Shown: positions 1 to 10,500, numbered from the stretch's first letter. The stretch is DNA of 64,000 bases from an uncultured Eudoraea sp. (GCF_947258925.1 NZ_CAMYKG010000013.1:44313-108312), one strand, 5' to 3'. The notes: generated by a model not told the origin, from the letters alone. Numbers and translations: made by a program.

Positions 1-196
1 CATAGAAGTCTTCAAATGTTTTGGAAGTTTTATAGTTATCCGTCAGCACTTTATAGACCATATAAACTATCATTATTTGTCCCAGAACCGTTAGATAAAA
101 AACCCAACTAAAGGAGAAGTTCATAGTGGCCATTATAGTCACCATAATTAATAAAATGGTAGTTGCACCAACCCAGAACATAGCAGTAGATTTCAT
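1..196 (-). CDS. hypothetical small membrane protein (partial, runs off the window start)
   Basis: Reverse-strand ATG at 196 gives MKSTAMFWVGATTILLIMVTIMATM..., a hydrophobic ORF still open at position 1. No family recognised. Confidence 0.4.
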   Translation of the reverse strand, partial: MKSTAMFWVGATTILLIMVTIMATMNFSFSWVFYLTVLGQIMIVYMVYKVLTDNYKTSKTFEDFY

Positions 197-263
197 TTTT
201 TGTTTTAAAATTATTTAAAATTACTAAAGGACTGTGTTAATACAATTATAAATCCATACTATA

Positions 264-1451
264 TCATTGAAGCCAGAATCTATCTTCGGCAGGAATATTC
301 TTAAGTCTACCGAGATCCAAAGGATTATAGTTGAGCATATTAAACAAATACCAAATGCTTGAGGAAAGAGCCGGAGTGTTTGGAGCATCTTCCCACAATA
401 ACGAAGCACCATAACTGGTACCTGCATTAGTTACATAGGGGATACCAAGGGAGTTTAGCTCTGCTGAATTATTCATTTGAGCTTTCTGTAGTTCCTTAAG
501 AATACTATTTGCTTCATTTCCCAAGTTAGCTTCTTTAAATGCTAAGGCCATTTGTGCTGTGCCCTCCAACCAAATGACATCTTTATCCTCATCAAAACAA
601 TAACCAGAAATTTCTTGGCCACTAAAACTGGCGACCTGTGTGTTTATATATCTGTCTGCTTTAAAAAGTACTTCTTTTGGGAAGTTTTCAAAAATTAAAT
701 AACCAAGTGAATGCAGGTCCATCGCATAGTAATGAGCTTCATTTTCAGGCCATGCCACAAGTAGATTTTCATTGCTATCCCAGCGTTCCTGGCTAAGATA
801 ATTCAATATGCCCTTATGAAAATCATCATATCCCTCCACCGCATTATACGCCATTAAAATACCTTCCGTAACCTTGTGTATTTGTGTTCCATCTTCATTA
901 TACCCACCCCAAAGACCGCCATCTTCATCTTGTAAACTCCTGAACCAATTTTCCAATAATTCACTCATTTCGTTATACTTGGTATTTCCGGTTATATAGT
1001 GATAATTGTTAAGAGCTATTAAAAGCCAGGCGTTATCTCCCAGCCAGGTTCGCCTGCCATTGGAACCATCACTGTTTCTTAACTGGAAAAACCCTCCATT
1101 ATTCTGGGTAAATTCTGAATAGATTCGGTCATTAAAATAGTCAAAGACTGCTTCTGCCTTATCAATTTCTCCTTCCGCCATGAATGCCAAAGCCGCCAGG
1201 GAATTGTCATATAATGAGACGTAATCTGTTCTTTCGGAACTTGTCAGTAATCCATTGACAAGTTGCATATTCTCAATCCATTCAGCTATTAGAAAAGTTT
1301 CGTTTACTAATTCTCCATCTGAATTGTCCTCAGGCAAATCAACAATGCCATTTTCAATGAGTATCAGATCTTCGTATACTTCAGTAGTATCATTTGTACA
1401 AGAGAGCAGTAAAATTCCCAGGATTGTATAAAAAAGTAACTTGTTAAGCAT
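264..1451 (-). CDS. hypothetical lipoprotein, possibly an alpha/alpha-toroid (glycoside-hydrolase-like) fold
   Basis: 395-aa ORF with a lipoprotein-type N-terminus (LLLSCTND). Repeated W/Y/G-rich helical segments. No catalytic motif I can name. Confidence 0.6.
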   Translation of the reverse strand: MLNKLLFYTILGILLLSCTNDTTEVYEDLILIENGIVDLPEDNSDGELVNETFLIAEWIENMQLVNGLLTSSERTDYVSLYDNSLAALAFMAEGEIDKAEAVFDYFNDRIYSEFTQNNGGFFQLRNSDGSNGRRTWLGDNAWLLIALNNYHYITGNTKYNEMSELLENWFRSLQDEDGGLWGGYNEDGTQIHKVTEGILMAYNAVEGYDDFHKGILNYLSQERWDSNENLLVAWPENEAHYYAMDLHSLGYLIFENFPKEVLFKADRYINTQVASFSGQEISGYCFDEDKDVIWLEGTAQMALAFKEANLGNEANSILKELQKAQMNNSAELNSLGIPYVTNAGTSYGASLLWEDAPNTPALSSSIWYLFNMLNYNPLDLGRLKNIPAEDRFWLQ

Positions 1452-1676
1452 GTTGTCAGTGGTTTAGGGATTTGGGGAAATCCAATCATAAAATTAATAC
1501 GCATTTACCGGCCTTTAATTTATTTACGACCAATGAAAGGTTTGTCCGACAAGTACCTATGCTAAGCACCTTTAATCCTGTAAATGTGTTTTTTGACTTA
1601 AACCAGGTCTATTTATCAGGGTTAAAAAACATCGACGAACGGTAATAGATTACATATTTTTGTAATAAATCATTTT

Positions 1677-2026
1677 ATGAATCTTCCCGATTCTACAAAA
1701 AAAAGAGTTGTCATTATAGGCGCCGGTTTTACCGGGATTTCCCTGGCTAAGAAACTCAGAAACTGCCCCTTCAGGTTGTTGTTATTGATAAACACAACCA
1801 CCATACATTTCAACCCCTATTGTACCAGGTATCTACCGTAGGTTTAGAACCGGATTCCATAGCATATCCTATCAGGAAGATTTTAAAAAAACTTCGTAAT
1901 TTCTATTTCAGACTAGCTACAGTTGAGAAAAACGCGATGCCCATTAAGAGTGTTTCAGATGCCTTAAATATCAGAAGTCTAATGCTCCGGAATTTTGAAT
2001 TGGCCGATAATAGTCAGGCCCTTTAA
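1677..2026 (+). pseudogene. ndh: remnant of type-II NADH dehydrogenase (NDH-2, FAD-dependent pyridine nucleotide-disulfide oxidoreductase)
   Basis: ATG at 1677 gives MNLPDSTKKRVVIIGAGFTGISLAKKLRNCP, a Rossmann GxGxxG N-terminus. The homologous reading then continues in another frame, LQVVVIDKHNHHTFQPLLYQVSTVGLEPDSIAYPIRKILKK, with the shift near the C4 run at 1766-1769. It jumps to AMPIKSVSDALNIRSLMLRNFELA and stops at 2026. About 115 codons remain of a protein normally over 400 aa. Confidence 0.7.
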
Positions 2027-2076
2027 GTCAAAAACATAAAACCCCTAATAATAGCAACTATTTTAGAATCCTTTTA

Positions 2077-2084
2077 TATCTTTG
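2077..2084 (+). promoter_or_regulatory. candidate Bacteroidota -7 promoter box (TATCTTTG matches TAnnTTTG)
   Basis: Exact match to the TAnnTTTG consensus, 219 nt upstream of the hmgA ATG. It would imply a long leader or a small RNA. Confidence 0.3.
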
Positions 2085-2302
2085 TAGTGTTGTGTTGTGC
2101 ATCATTTAATAGGATGCATATGTGTAGATACCGATAGATTCGGTTCATGCCAATGAAAGGCTTTCCAATTTGGGAGGCTTTTTTTGTTTAGCTTATCCCC
2201 TTAATTAAGGCATCAGGAAATTACCGGATATTTATCGCCCTATATTTTACCAAACCTTCAATTTATCGTAATTTTAGGGTTGACTTTTAAAGAGATATCA
2301 TC

Positions 2303-3460
2303 ATGCCATTATATCACAAATTAGGAAACATACCGCATAAAAGACATACCGTTTTTAAAAAGAAAGATGGTAGTTTACACTATGAACAGTTATTTGGGAC
2401 TATTGGGTTTGACGGGATGTCCTCTTTAATGTATCATTTGTACAGACCAACTATGGTTAAAGAGGTTGGTAAGACATTGGATATTTCTCCCAAAGCCGCA
2501 GTTACTTATAACATAAAATCCAGGTTACTGAAAGGTTTTCAAGTAGTACCTGAGGATGATTTTCTGGAAAGCCGCAAAGTGGTACTGTTTAATAATGATG
2601 TTCACATCGCTCTGGCCGCTCCTAAAACATCTATGACAGATTACTTTTATAAAAATGCGGATGCAGATGAATTGCTCTTTATACATAAAGGAAAGGGAAT
2701 CCTGAAAACAATGCTGGGTGAAATTGCGTTCTCCAATGGGGACTATATTTTAATCCCTCGCGGAATGATCTATCAAATTACTTTTGAAGGTGCAGAGAAT
2801 AGATTATTTATTACGGAATCCTATCATCCTATTTATACCCCAAAGCGCTATAGAAATTGGTTTGGACAACATTTAGAACATTCACCTTTTTGTGAACGCG
2901 ATTTTAGACTTCCACAAAATTTAAAGACCCATGATGAGTTGGGAGATTTTTTAATAAAGGTAAAGAAGCAAGGTCAACTACACCATTTAGTTTATGCTTC
3001 TCATCCATTTGATATTGTGGGCTGGGATGGTTATAACTATCCGTATGCTTTTTCTATACATGATTTTGAACCTATTACCGGGCGGGTACATCAACCCCCG
3101 CCTGTCCATCAGACTTTTGAGACAAGTGCCTTCGTGGTATGTTCCTTCTGTCCGCGCCTTTACGACTATCATCCCCAGGCTATACCGGCACCCTACAATC
3201 ATTCAAATATTGATTCCGATGAGGTTCTTTATTATGTTGAAGGTGATTTTATGAGCCGCAAAAACATTGATCAGGGATATATTTCTCTTCATCCGGCAGG
3301 GATCCCTCATGGCCCGCATCCGGGCACTTATGAAGCCAGCATAGGTAAAAGCGGAACCGAGGAATATGCTGTAATGGTAGATACGTTTAAGCCGTTGCAA
3401 ATCACTCAGTTGGCTCTTGATATTGATGATGGAAATTACTATCAGTCCTGGTTAGAGTAA
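2303..3460 (+). CDS. hmgA: homogentisate 1,2-dioxygenase
   Basis: 385-aa ORF starting MPLYHKLGNIPHKRHTVF, with a cupin-type core and a HPAGIPHGPHPG segment typical of the short bacteroidetal HmgA family. Confidence 0.88.
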   Translation: MPLYHKLGNIPHKRHTVFKKKDGSLHYEQLFGTIGFDGMSSLMYHLYRPTMVKEVGKTLDISPKAAVTYNIKSRLLKGFQVVPEDDFLESRKVVLFNNDVHIALAAPKTSMTDYFYKNADADELLFIHKGKGILKTMLGEIAFSNGDYILIPRGMIYQITFEGAENRLFITESYHPIYTPKRYRNWFGQHLEHSPFCERDFRLPQNLKTHDELGDFLIKVKKQGQLHHLVYASHPFDIVGWDGYNYPYAFSIHDFEPITGRVHQPPPVHQTFETSAFVVCSFCPRLYDYHPQAIPAPYNHSNIDSDEVLYYVEGDFMSRKNIDQGYISLHPAGIPHGPHPGTYEASIGKSGTEEYAVMVDTFKPLQITQLALDIDDGNYYQSWLE

Positions 3461-4444
3461 GGCAACTTTGTGTATAATAAAATGAAGCAGGCTTGCAGCC
3501 AGTTTGGCCGTTTGATCATCCTTATCATAGGTTGGATTGAGCTCTGCCACATCCGCACTTATTAATTTATTTGTTGTGATTAGTGTATCCAATACCACAA
3601 GAGCAATATCTATCGAAAAACCCATAGGGGAAGCAGCGCTAACACCAGGTGCAAAAGCCGAAGAAAACCCGTCTAAATCAATGGTCAGGTAAACAAAATC
3701 TACTTCCTTACAGAACTCATTAATTTTATTAATTACATAAGATGTATTCTGCTTATGAAAAAGTTCGGCCTCAATATATTTTACGTCCCATTCACGCGCC
3801 CTTTGGAATAACAGCCTGTCATTGGCATCATTTCTTATTCCCAGGCATAAGTATGATAAGTCCAAATTACCATCCTTAAAAGAGTCCATTCCAATTTGAT
3901 AAAATGGGGTGCCGGAATTATTGCCGTTTTCATTAGATCGCAGATCAAAATGGGCGTCCAGGTTTACAATCCCTATTTTTTGATCATTTCCGACAAATTC
4001 CCTGATCCCGTTGAAATGGCCATAAGCCATATCATGACCTCCACCTAACAATAATGGCGTGCCTTTATTACTTAAAATCTGAGCTACTTTATTAGCTAAT
4101 ATGCTTTGGGCATTCTCCATATCATCTCCTATGCATATTACATTGCCGGCATCAAAAACGGCAATGCTTTCACTTAAATGGTGCGGCAGTTTGGCCAACT
4201 GTCTTCGGGCAGCGCGCGGACCCTCTTTTGTCCCCAGTCTTCCCTTGTTTCTCTTTACACCTTCATCGCATTCATAACCCAGGAACACAAAACTTTTTTC
4301 TTCTGAGACCGGTACATTCTGAAGCTCCAGATCAATTTGAGTTACTTTTTGGTAAACATATAAATCCTGATCGGTCTTTCGACCTGTCCAAATATTCTCA
4401 TCTGTTGGTTTGTACAAATTCATTCGATCATTCAAATAAGCCAT
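3452..4444 (-). CDS. hutG: formimidoylglutamase (arginase/ureohydrolase family)
   Basis: 330-aa ORF with arginase-family metal motifs (GGGHDMAYG, NLDAHFDLR, DLDGF). It is the last gene of the hut operon and overlaps the hutU stop. Confidence 0.85.
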   Translation of the reverse strand: MAYLNDRMNLYKPTDENIWTGRKTDQDLYVYQKVTQIDLELQNVPVSEEKSFVFLGYECDEGVKRNKGRLGTKEGPRAARRQLAKLPHHLSESIAVFDAGNVICIGDDMENAQSILANKVAQILSNKGTPLLLGGGHDMAYGHFNGIREFVGNDQKIGIVNLDAHFDLRSNENGNNSGTPFYQIGMDSFKDGNLDLSYLCLGIRNDANDRLLFQRAREWDVKYIEAELFHKQNTSYVINKINEFCKEVDFVYLTIDLDGFSSAFAPGVSAASPMGFSIDIALVVLDTLITTNKLISADVAELNPTYDKDDQTAKLAASLLHFIIHKVALL

Positions 4445-6452
4445 CCAATATTTTCTCAGCTACGAGATTTGGCAATGTTACTTTCAAATTAGGACTTCGT
4501 TTCATTTCTCTTTTAATAGCGAATAGTGCTTCCTTATTTCTGGCCCAGCCTCGGCGTGATATTCCGTTATTTACATCGTAAAAAAGCATATTTTTTAATC
4601 GTTTATCGGCTTCTTCCGAACCATCGAGAACCATCCCGAATCCGCCATTGATTACTTCACCCCAACCAACACCACCGCCATTGTGAATTGAAACCCAGCT
4701 TGCTCCCCTGAAACTATCCCCAATTACATTGTGGATTGCCATATCTGCCGTAAACTGGCTTCCATCATAGATATTGCTGGTTTCCCTGAAAGGGGAATCT
4801 GTGCCGCTGACATCATGATGATCCCTTCCCAGGACTACCGGGGCAGAAATTTTCCCGGAACCTATAGCGGCATTAAAAGCCTCAGCTATTTTGATCCTTC
4901 CTTCTGCATCAGCATACAGGATGCGAGCCTTTGAACCTACTACCAGATTATTAGAATCTGCTTCACGAATCCACTTGATATTATCCTGCATTTGTTGTTG
5001 AATCTCTTTGGGTGCCGAGCTACTGATTTCTTCCATCACCCTTAGAGCTATTTCGTCTGTTTTATGCAGATCTTCATCCTTCCCGGAAGTGCACACCCAT
5101 CTGAACGGGCCAAATCCAAAGTCGAAACACATCGGACCCAAAATATCCTGAACATAAGAGGGGTATCTGAAATCGATCTTATTTTCAGACATTACATCGG
5201 CTCCTGCACGGGAAGCTTCCAGTAGAAAGGCATTTCCATAGTCAAAGAAATAGGTTCCTTTTGCCGCATGTTTATTTATTGCCAGTACCTGTCGGCGTAG
5301 TGATTCCTGCACCTTCTCCTTAAACTTTTCCGGATTTTCAGTCATCATGATATTCGATTCCTCAAAGGACAATCCGGCCGGATAATACCCTCCTGCCCAC
5401 GGGTTATGCAATGAGGTTTGATCGGAACCGAGATGAATAAATAACTTTTCTTCATAAAAACGTTCCCAGACATCAACTACATTTCCCACATACGCAAGGG
5501 ATAAAATTTCGTTATTCTTTTTTGCTTCCCGGGCCCTGGCAATAAGGGTATCCAGACTGGTATGGAGTTCATCCACCCAACCCTGAACATGTCTCTTAGA
5601 TGCTGCAGCCTCATTTACTTCTGCACAAACCGTTATACAACCTGCAATATTTCCTGCTTTGGGCTGAGCACCACTCATGCCACCCAAACCTGCTGTCAGG
5701 AAAATTTTGCCCGTAGGCGATTCAGACTTTGCCAAAACTTTTCGGAAAGCATTCATTATGGTAATGGCCGTCCCATGGACGATACCCTGGGGACCAATAT
5801 ACATATACGAGCCCGCGGTCATTTGACCGTATTGCGTTACTCCAAGGGCATTAAATTTTTCCCAATCATCCTGACTGGAATAGTTGGGAATCATCATACC
5901 ATTGGTGATCACAACCCGAGGTGCTTCCTTTGAAGAAGGGAATAGTCCCATTGGATGCCCGGAATACATATGCAGCGTTTGTTCATCCGTCATAACAGCC
6001 AAATATTGCATGGTGAGCAGGTATTGCGCCCAATTCTGAAAAACGGCTCCATTGCCTCCGTAAGTAATTAATTCTTCGGGATGTTGTGCTACTTCAGGAT
6101 CCAAATTGTTTTGGATCATTAGCATTATAGCGGCAGCTTCCGGGATTTTAGCCGGATATACTGTAATTGGCCTCGCGTACATTTTGTAATCGGGTTTAAA
6201 TCGATACATATATATCCGTCCGTATATTTCCAATTCCCTGGCGAATTCCCGGGACAACTCTGCATGCCATCCCGGTGGAAAATAGCGAAGCGCATTTTGT
6301 ACGGCCAATTTTTTTTCTGCCGGACTTAATATTTCCTTTCTCTTAGGGGCATGGTTTAATTCAGGAATTCGTTGTCTTGGTGCAGGCAAATCTTTGGGAA
6401 TACCTTGTAAGATAGCATCATTGAAACTTAGATGTGTTTTGGTGCTTTTCAT
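4428..6452 (-). CDS. hutU: urocanate hydratase
   Basis: 674-aa ORF with strong urocanase-like sequence throughout (GGMSGAQPKA, YPSYVQDI, GLGGMSGAQ). Confidence 0.95.
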   Translation of the reverse strand: MKSTKTHLSFNDAILQGIPKDLPAPRQRIPELNHAPKRKEILSPAEKKLAVQNALRYFPPGWHAELSREFARELEIYGRIYMYRFKPDYKMYARPITVYPAKIPEAAAIMLMIQNNLDPEVAQHPEELITYGGNGAVFQNWAQYLLTMQYLAVMTDEQTLHMYSGHPMGLFPSSKEAPRVVITNGMMIPNYSSQDDWEKFNALGVTQYGQMTAGSYMYIGPQGIVHGTAITIMNAFRKVLAKSESPTGKIFLTAGLGGMSGAQPKAGNIAGCITVCAEVNEAAASKRHVQGWVDELHTSLDTLIARAREAKKNNEILSLAYVGNVVDVWERFYEEKLFIHLGSDQTSLHNPWAGGYYPAGLSFEESNIMMTENPEKFKEKVQESLRRQVLAINKHAAKGTYFFDYGNAFLLEASRAGADVMSENKIDFRYPSYVQDILGPMCFDFGFGPFRWVCTSGKDEDLHKTDEIALRVMEEISSSAPKEIQQQMQDNIKWIREADSNNLVVGSKARILYADAEGRIKIAEAFNAAIGSGKISAPVVLGRDHHDVSGTDSPFRETSNIYDGSQFTADMAIHNVIGDSFRGASWVSIHNGGGVGWGEVINGGFGMVLDGSEEADKRLKNMLFYDVNNGISRRGWARNKEALFAIKREMKRSPNLKVTLPNLVAEKILDGLFE

Positions 6453-7720
6453 CTTTCCTGTGAGTTATGTTTGTCATAAATCAATTTTCCATCCTTAAAA
6501 ACCATACAAGGTTTAAAAGCCCCCTGATTATAGAGCACTTCATTATAGTTAGTGGTATGAAATAAACTAAAATCAGCAAGAAAACCCGCTTTTAATTGAC
6601 CCCTGTCGCTTAATTTCAGTGCCGCTGCTGCGCGGTAGGTAATTCCTGCCAATACTTCCGCATTTGTCAATTTTTCCATCGTACCCAGGACAGCCGACTG
6701 CGTAAGCAGGTCGCCCATGGGTGCAGAACCAGGATTGTGATCACTGGCGATAGCCAAAGCACAACCGGCATCCAGAATTTTCCTGGCAGGAGTAAAATCA
6801 CAACCTAAACCCAATGAAGCCCCCGGTAGGGCTGTGGCTATCACATTACTTTTACCCAACAATTCTATTTCATGGGCAGAGCTGGCCTCCAAATGATCGG
6901 CGCTTACAGCCTTAAATTTAACGGCAACCTCACTACCCCCAACTGAGAACTGATCTGCATGTATGGTGATGTCAAAACCCATTTCAACTGCCCTGGAAAG
7001 GTACGGTGAGATTTCTGTTGGACTAAATGCCCCGGATTCAATAAAAGCATCAATCCGGTTTGTCAATTTCTCTTTAACCAGAATTGGAAAAAGCTGTTCA
7101 CTAATTTCAGTCAGATATGCTGTCTTATCCCCTGTAAAATCCTTTGGGTGCATATGAGCTGCCAAACAGGTGGAAACAAAATTCAATGGAAATTGTTCAC
7201 CGGCTTCCTTAATGGCCCGTAACATTTTAAGTTCTTCTTCTACAGTTAGGCCGTAACCACTTTTTACTTCTATGGTGGTAACCCCATTTTTAAGATGCTG
7301 TTTAGCCCTTTTGAGAATGCCTTTAATGAGTTCTTTTTGGGAAGCTTTTCTGGTCTGAATTACCGTATCCCATATACCGCCGCCTTCTGCTGCAATTTGT
7401 AAATAGGTTTTACCGGCATTTCTCATAGCATAATCCCTGGCCCTGGATCCGCCAAAACATATATGCGTATGAGAATCCACAAATCCGGGCATGCAAATAT
7501 GATTACCTTCTAACCGAATCATATGAACATTCAGATTTTCTACCTCGGATAGGAGTTTCTTATAAACATCAACTTTTTTGACAAGTCCATCAGCATAAAG
7601 AATTCCACCATTTTCAATGATATGAAGCTTATCATCAGAGAGGGGACCTTTTAACGACATTCCTGTCATGGGGATTATCTGGCTTAGTGGTCCTATAAGA
7701 GTTAGCTGTTCCATATTCAT
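6449..7720 (-). CDS. hutI: imidazolonepropionase
   Basis: 423-aa amidohydrolase with DSHTHICFGG and HADQF motifs. Overlaps the hutU start by 4 nt. Confidence 0.92.
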   Translation of the reverse strand: MNMEQLTLIGPLSQIIPMTGMSLKGPLSDDKLHIIENGGILYADGLVKKVDVYKKLLSEVENLNVHMIRLEGNHICMPGFVDSHTHICFGGSRARDYAMRNAGKTYLQIAAEGGGIWDTVIQTRKASQKELIKGILKRAKQHLKNGVTTIEVKSGYGLTVEEELKMLRAIKEAGEQFPLNFVSTCLAAHMHPKDFTGDKTAYLTEISEQLFPILVKEKLTNRIDAFIESGAFSPTEISPYLSRAVEMGFDITIHADQFSVGGSEVAVKFKAVSADHLEASSAHEIELLGKSNVIATALPGASLGLGCDFTPARKILDAGCALAIASDHNPGSAPMGDLLTQSAVLGTMEKLTNAEVLAGITYRAAAALKLSDRGQLKAGFLADFSLFHTTNYNEVLYNQGAFKPCMVFKDGKLIYDKHNSQER

Positions 7721-9300
7721 TAAAAGTTTTCAAACTCTTCTGAAAAAGTTGTTTGTAAGGAAAGGTTTTTTCGTTCACAAACCTGGTTTATACAATCTAT
7801 TATGGTTTGGTTTCTTACCATTGCTATCCCTTGCTCAATATCATCTGCAAAAACCCTGTCCTTTTTGGCGAACGCCACTTTTTCACGAACTTTCTTATGA
7901 ACTTCATCAAGGAGTATTCCGGATTTCAGGGGTTTTCTATATTCAAATGCCTGGGTGGCGGTTAGCAATTCAATAGCTAATATTTTTTCCAGATTGTCCA
8001 GGACCTTTAAAGCTTTTCTTGCTCCGATAGACCCCATACTTACATGGTCTTCCTGACCCATTGAAGTAGGAATACTGTCTGCACTGGAAGGGAAACAAAG
8101 CCCCTTGTTTTCACTTGCCAAAGCCGCTGTGGTATATTGGAGGATCATGTACCCCGAGTTTATCCCTGTATCTTCCATGAGCAACTCAGGCACCCCGGGA
8201 CTATTGCCTTCCAGTGCCAGGTAAATACGCCTGTCTGAAATATTGCCAAGCTCTGAAGCGGCCAAACATGCATAGTCCAAAGCCATTGCAAGAGGTTGCC
8301 CATGAAAATTACCCCCACTAATGGTTAGCTCTTCATCAATTATAATGGGATTATCTGTTACGGCATTGAGCTCTATCAGCAGCAATTCCTTGAGGTGTAG
8401 CCAAGAATTTCTTGAAGCACCGTGTACCTGCGGAATACAACGGAGGGAATAAGGATCCTGCACTCGTTCACAATCAATATGATTTTCCATTATTTCAGAA
8501 CCTTTAAGGAGTAACTTTACCCTTTCGGCTACATGAATATTTCCTTTAAACGGCCTCAGATTGTGTAATTCCTTGTAAAATGGTTTGATTGAACCTTGCA
8601 AGCCTTCAATCATCATGGCCCCAATAATATCTGCATGTGAAAGGCAATTGTGTAATTTTTCCAAGACCTTAATGGCATGTGCAGTTATAAATTGTGTGCC
8701 ATTGATTAGGGCTAATCCCTCTTTGGGACCAAGTTCCAGTGGTTTCAGTCCGGTTATTTTAAATAATTCTTTGGTGTCAATTTTTTTATTTTCAAACAGC
8801 ACTTTGCCATAACCAATGAGCGGTAAAAAAAGATGAGCGAGGGGAGCTAAGTCACCTGAGGCGCCAACCGAACCTTGTGAGGGCACAACAGGGATAGCAT
8901 CATTTTCTATATGCCAAATTATTCTTTCCAAAGTTTCTTCTGCAATACCAGAAAACCCTTTGGCCAGAGAATGGATTTTCAAGATCAGCATCAGTTTTGC
9001 TATTTCAGCTGCTATTGGCTTTCCAACACCTACACTATGACTCTTCAGGATGTTCGTTTGTAGTATTTTTGTTTCTTCTTTGGAAATATTTGTGGTACAT
9101 AAAGGGCCAAATCCGGTATTGATCCCATAAACGGCTTCTCCATTTTCAACGATTTTTTCAACGGTAAGCTTGCTTTTACGAACCCTTTTTCGGGCAGTAT
9201 CTGATAGTTTTCCATGAATTGCCCCTTTTGCAATAGCCAGAGCGATACTGCTACTTAGTTCTTCTTCGCCATACAGAAATGTATGAGTTGATGAAACCAT
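7720..9300 (-). CDS. hutH: histidine ammonia-lyase
   Basis: 526-aa ORF containing GSVGASGDLAPLAHL, the Ala-Ser-Gly MIO cofactor-forming triad. First gene of the hut operon. Confidence 0.95.
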   Translation of the reverse strand: MVSSTHTFLYGEEELSSSIALAIAKGAIHGKLSDTARKRVRKSKLTVEKIVENGEAVYGINTGFGPLCTTNISKEETKILQTNILKSHSVGVGKPIAAEIAKLMLILKIHSLAKGFSGIAEETLERIIWHIENDAIPVVPSQGSVGASGDLAPLAHLFLPLIGYGKVLFENKKIDTKELFKITGLKPLELGPKEGLALINGTQFITAHAIKVLEKLHNCLSHADIIGAMMIEGLQGSIKPFYKELHNLRPFKGNIHVAERVKLLLKGSEIMENHIDCERVQDPYSLRCIPQVHGASRNSWLHLKELLLIELNAVTDNPIIIDEELTISGGNFHGQPLAMALDYACLAASELGNISDRRIYLALEGNSPGVPELLMEDTGINSGYMILQYTTAALASENKGLCFPSSADSIPTSMGQEDHVSMGSIGARKALKVLDNLEKILAIELLTATQAFEYRKPLKSGILLDEVHKKVREKVAFAKKDRVFADDIEQGIAMVRNQTIIDCINQVCERKNLSLQTTFSEEFENF

Positions 9301-9426
9301 TATCTAGTATTTTAGTACTATAAATGTATTCATTAAGTTTTAGAAAACAGGAATTGAACCGCTACTTTAATTATAATACCAAATCGTAAATATAAATTTT
9401 AACTTTGCCCGACTAAAATGTTTTGA

Positions 9427-9981
9427 ATGGTATTAGATTTAATTAAAAAAAGGCGATCTATTTTTCCGGCCCAATATACAGACCGGGAGATAGCAAAATC
9501 AGATATTGAAAAAATCCTGGAAGCTGCAAATTGGGCGCCTACTCATAAAAAAACAGAACCCTGGAGGTTCAGGGTTTTTAGAGGAAATGCTAAAGTTGAA
9601 CTGGGGGATTTCCTTGCAGGGAAGTATAAGCAAACGGAAACAAACCCAAAGGCATTTAAGGTTAAAAAACTCAGGGAAAATCCGGCGAAGTCTGCTGCTG
9701 TTATAGCTATTTTTATGCAAAGAGATCCAAATGAAAGCCTTCCGGAATGGGAGGAAATAGCAGCAACTTCAATGGCTGTACAGAATATGTGGCTTTGTTG
9801 TACCGAAATGGGAATTGGATGTTACTGGAGTTCTCCCGGGTTGATAAAATATATGAATGAATTCGTAGATCTTGCAGACGGGGAAAGTTGCCTCGGGTTT
9901 TTATATATGGGCTATTACAGCGGAGAAATACCTGCAGGAACAAGAAACCCCTATCAGGATAAAGTGGCCTGGTATGATTGA
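9427..9981 (+). CDS. nitroreductase family protein
   Basis: 184-aa ORF with a typical N-terminus (IKKRRSIFPAQYT...ILEAANWAPTHKKTEPWRF). Confidence 0.8.
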   Translation: MVLDLIKKRRSIFPAQYTDREIAKSDIEKILEAANWAPTHKKTEPWRFRVFRGNAKVELGDFLAGKYKQTETNPKAFKVKKLRENPAKSAAVIAIFMQRDPNESLPEWEEIAATSMAVQNMWLCCTEMGIGCYWSSPGLIKYMNEFVDLADGESCLGFLYMGYYSGEIPAGTRNPYQDKVAWYD

Positions 9982-9984
9982 ATC

Positions 9985-10500
9985 CTAAAATAAAAACGGA
10001 AATAGCCCCTCTTTATACTCCCAGGTTTTAGCTATAAAAAGACCCATATAAATAATGGTCACCACGAATTTTAAAAAAGTTCCTGAGAGAAATCCAATAA
10101 AAGAACCAAAAGCTGCTTTAAGTGCAGTTTTATTATCGGCCTTGTTAATAAACTCTCCGATTAGCGCCCCCATAAAAGGCCAAAAAATGATGCCAAAGAT
10201 CCCAAGGATTGGGAAAAAAATTGCCACCAGTAGCCCTACCACGGTGCCGATCATTCCGGCTTTACTTCCACCAAACTTCCTGGTACCAATTGCCGGGATG
10301 ATATAATCTAAAGCAAAAACAATTGCTGCAATTGCAAATGTGATCCCCAAAAACCACCAATCATTCGGTACCGCCCTGGTAAGCACCAATAAAAGCAGGC
10401 CTATCCAACTTAAGGGGGGTCCGGGTAATACCGGTAAAAAACTCCCCAATATTCCGGTTAGCATAAAGATAAATCCCAGTAAGAATAAAGCTATGTCCAT
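9985..10500 (-). CDS. DUF456-family membrane protein
   Basis: 171-aa polytopic ORF with an LPVLPGPPLSW motif near the N-terminus. Confidence 0.65.
   Translation of the reverse strand: MDIALFLLGFIFMLTGILGSFLPVLPGPPLSWIGLLLLVLTRAVPNDWWFLGITFAIAAIVFALDYIIPAIGTRKFGGSKAGMIGTVVGLLVAIFFPILGIFGIIFWPFMGALIGEFINKADNKTALKAAFGSFIGFLSGTFLKFVVTIIYMGLFIAKTWEYKEGLFPFLF

Noticed and set aside
3452-9300. hut operon considered as a possible unusual pathway variant
   Set aside because: HutH, HutU, HutI and HutG (formimidoylglutamase) make up the standard four-step route. The overlapping gene junctions are normal operon packing. The absence of a regulator in the window is not informative.
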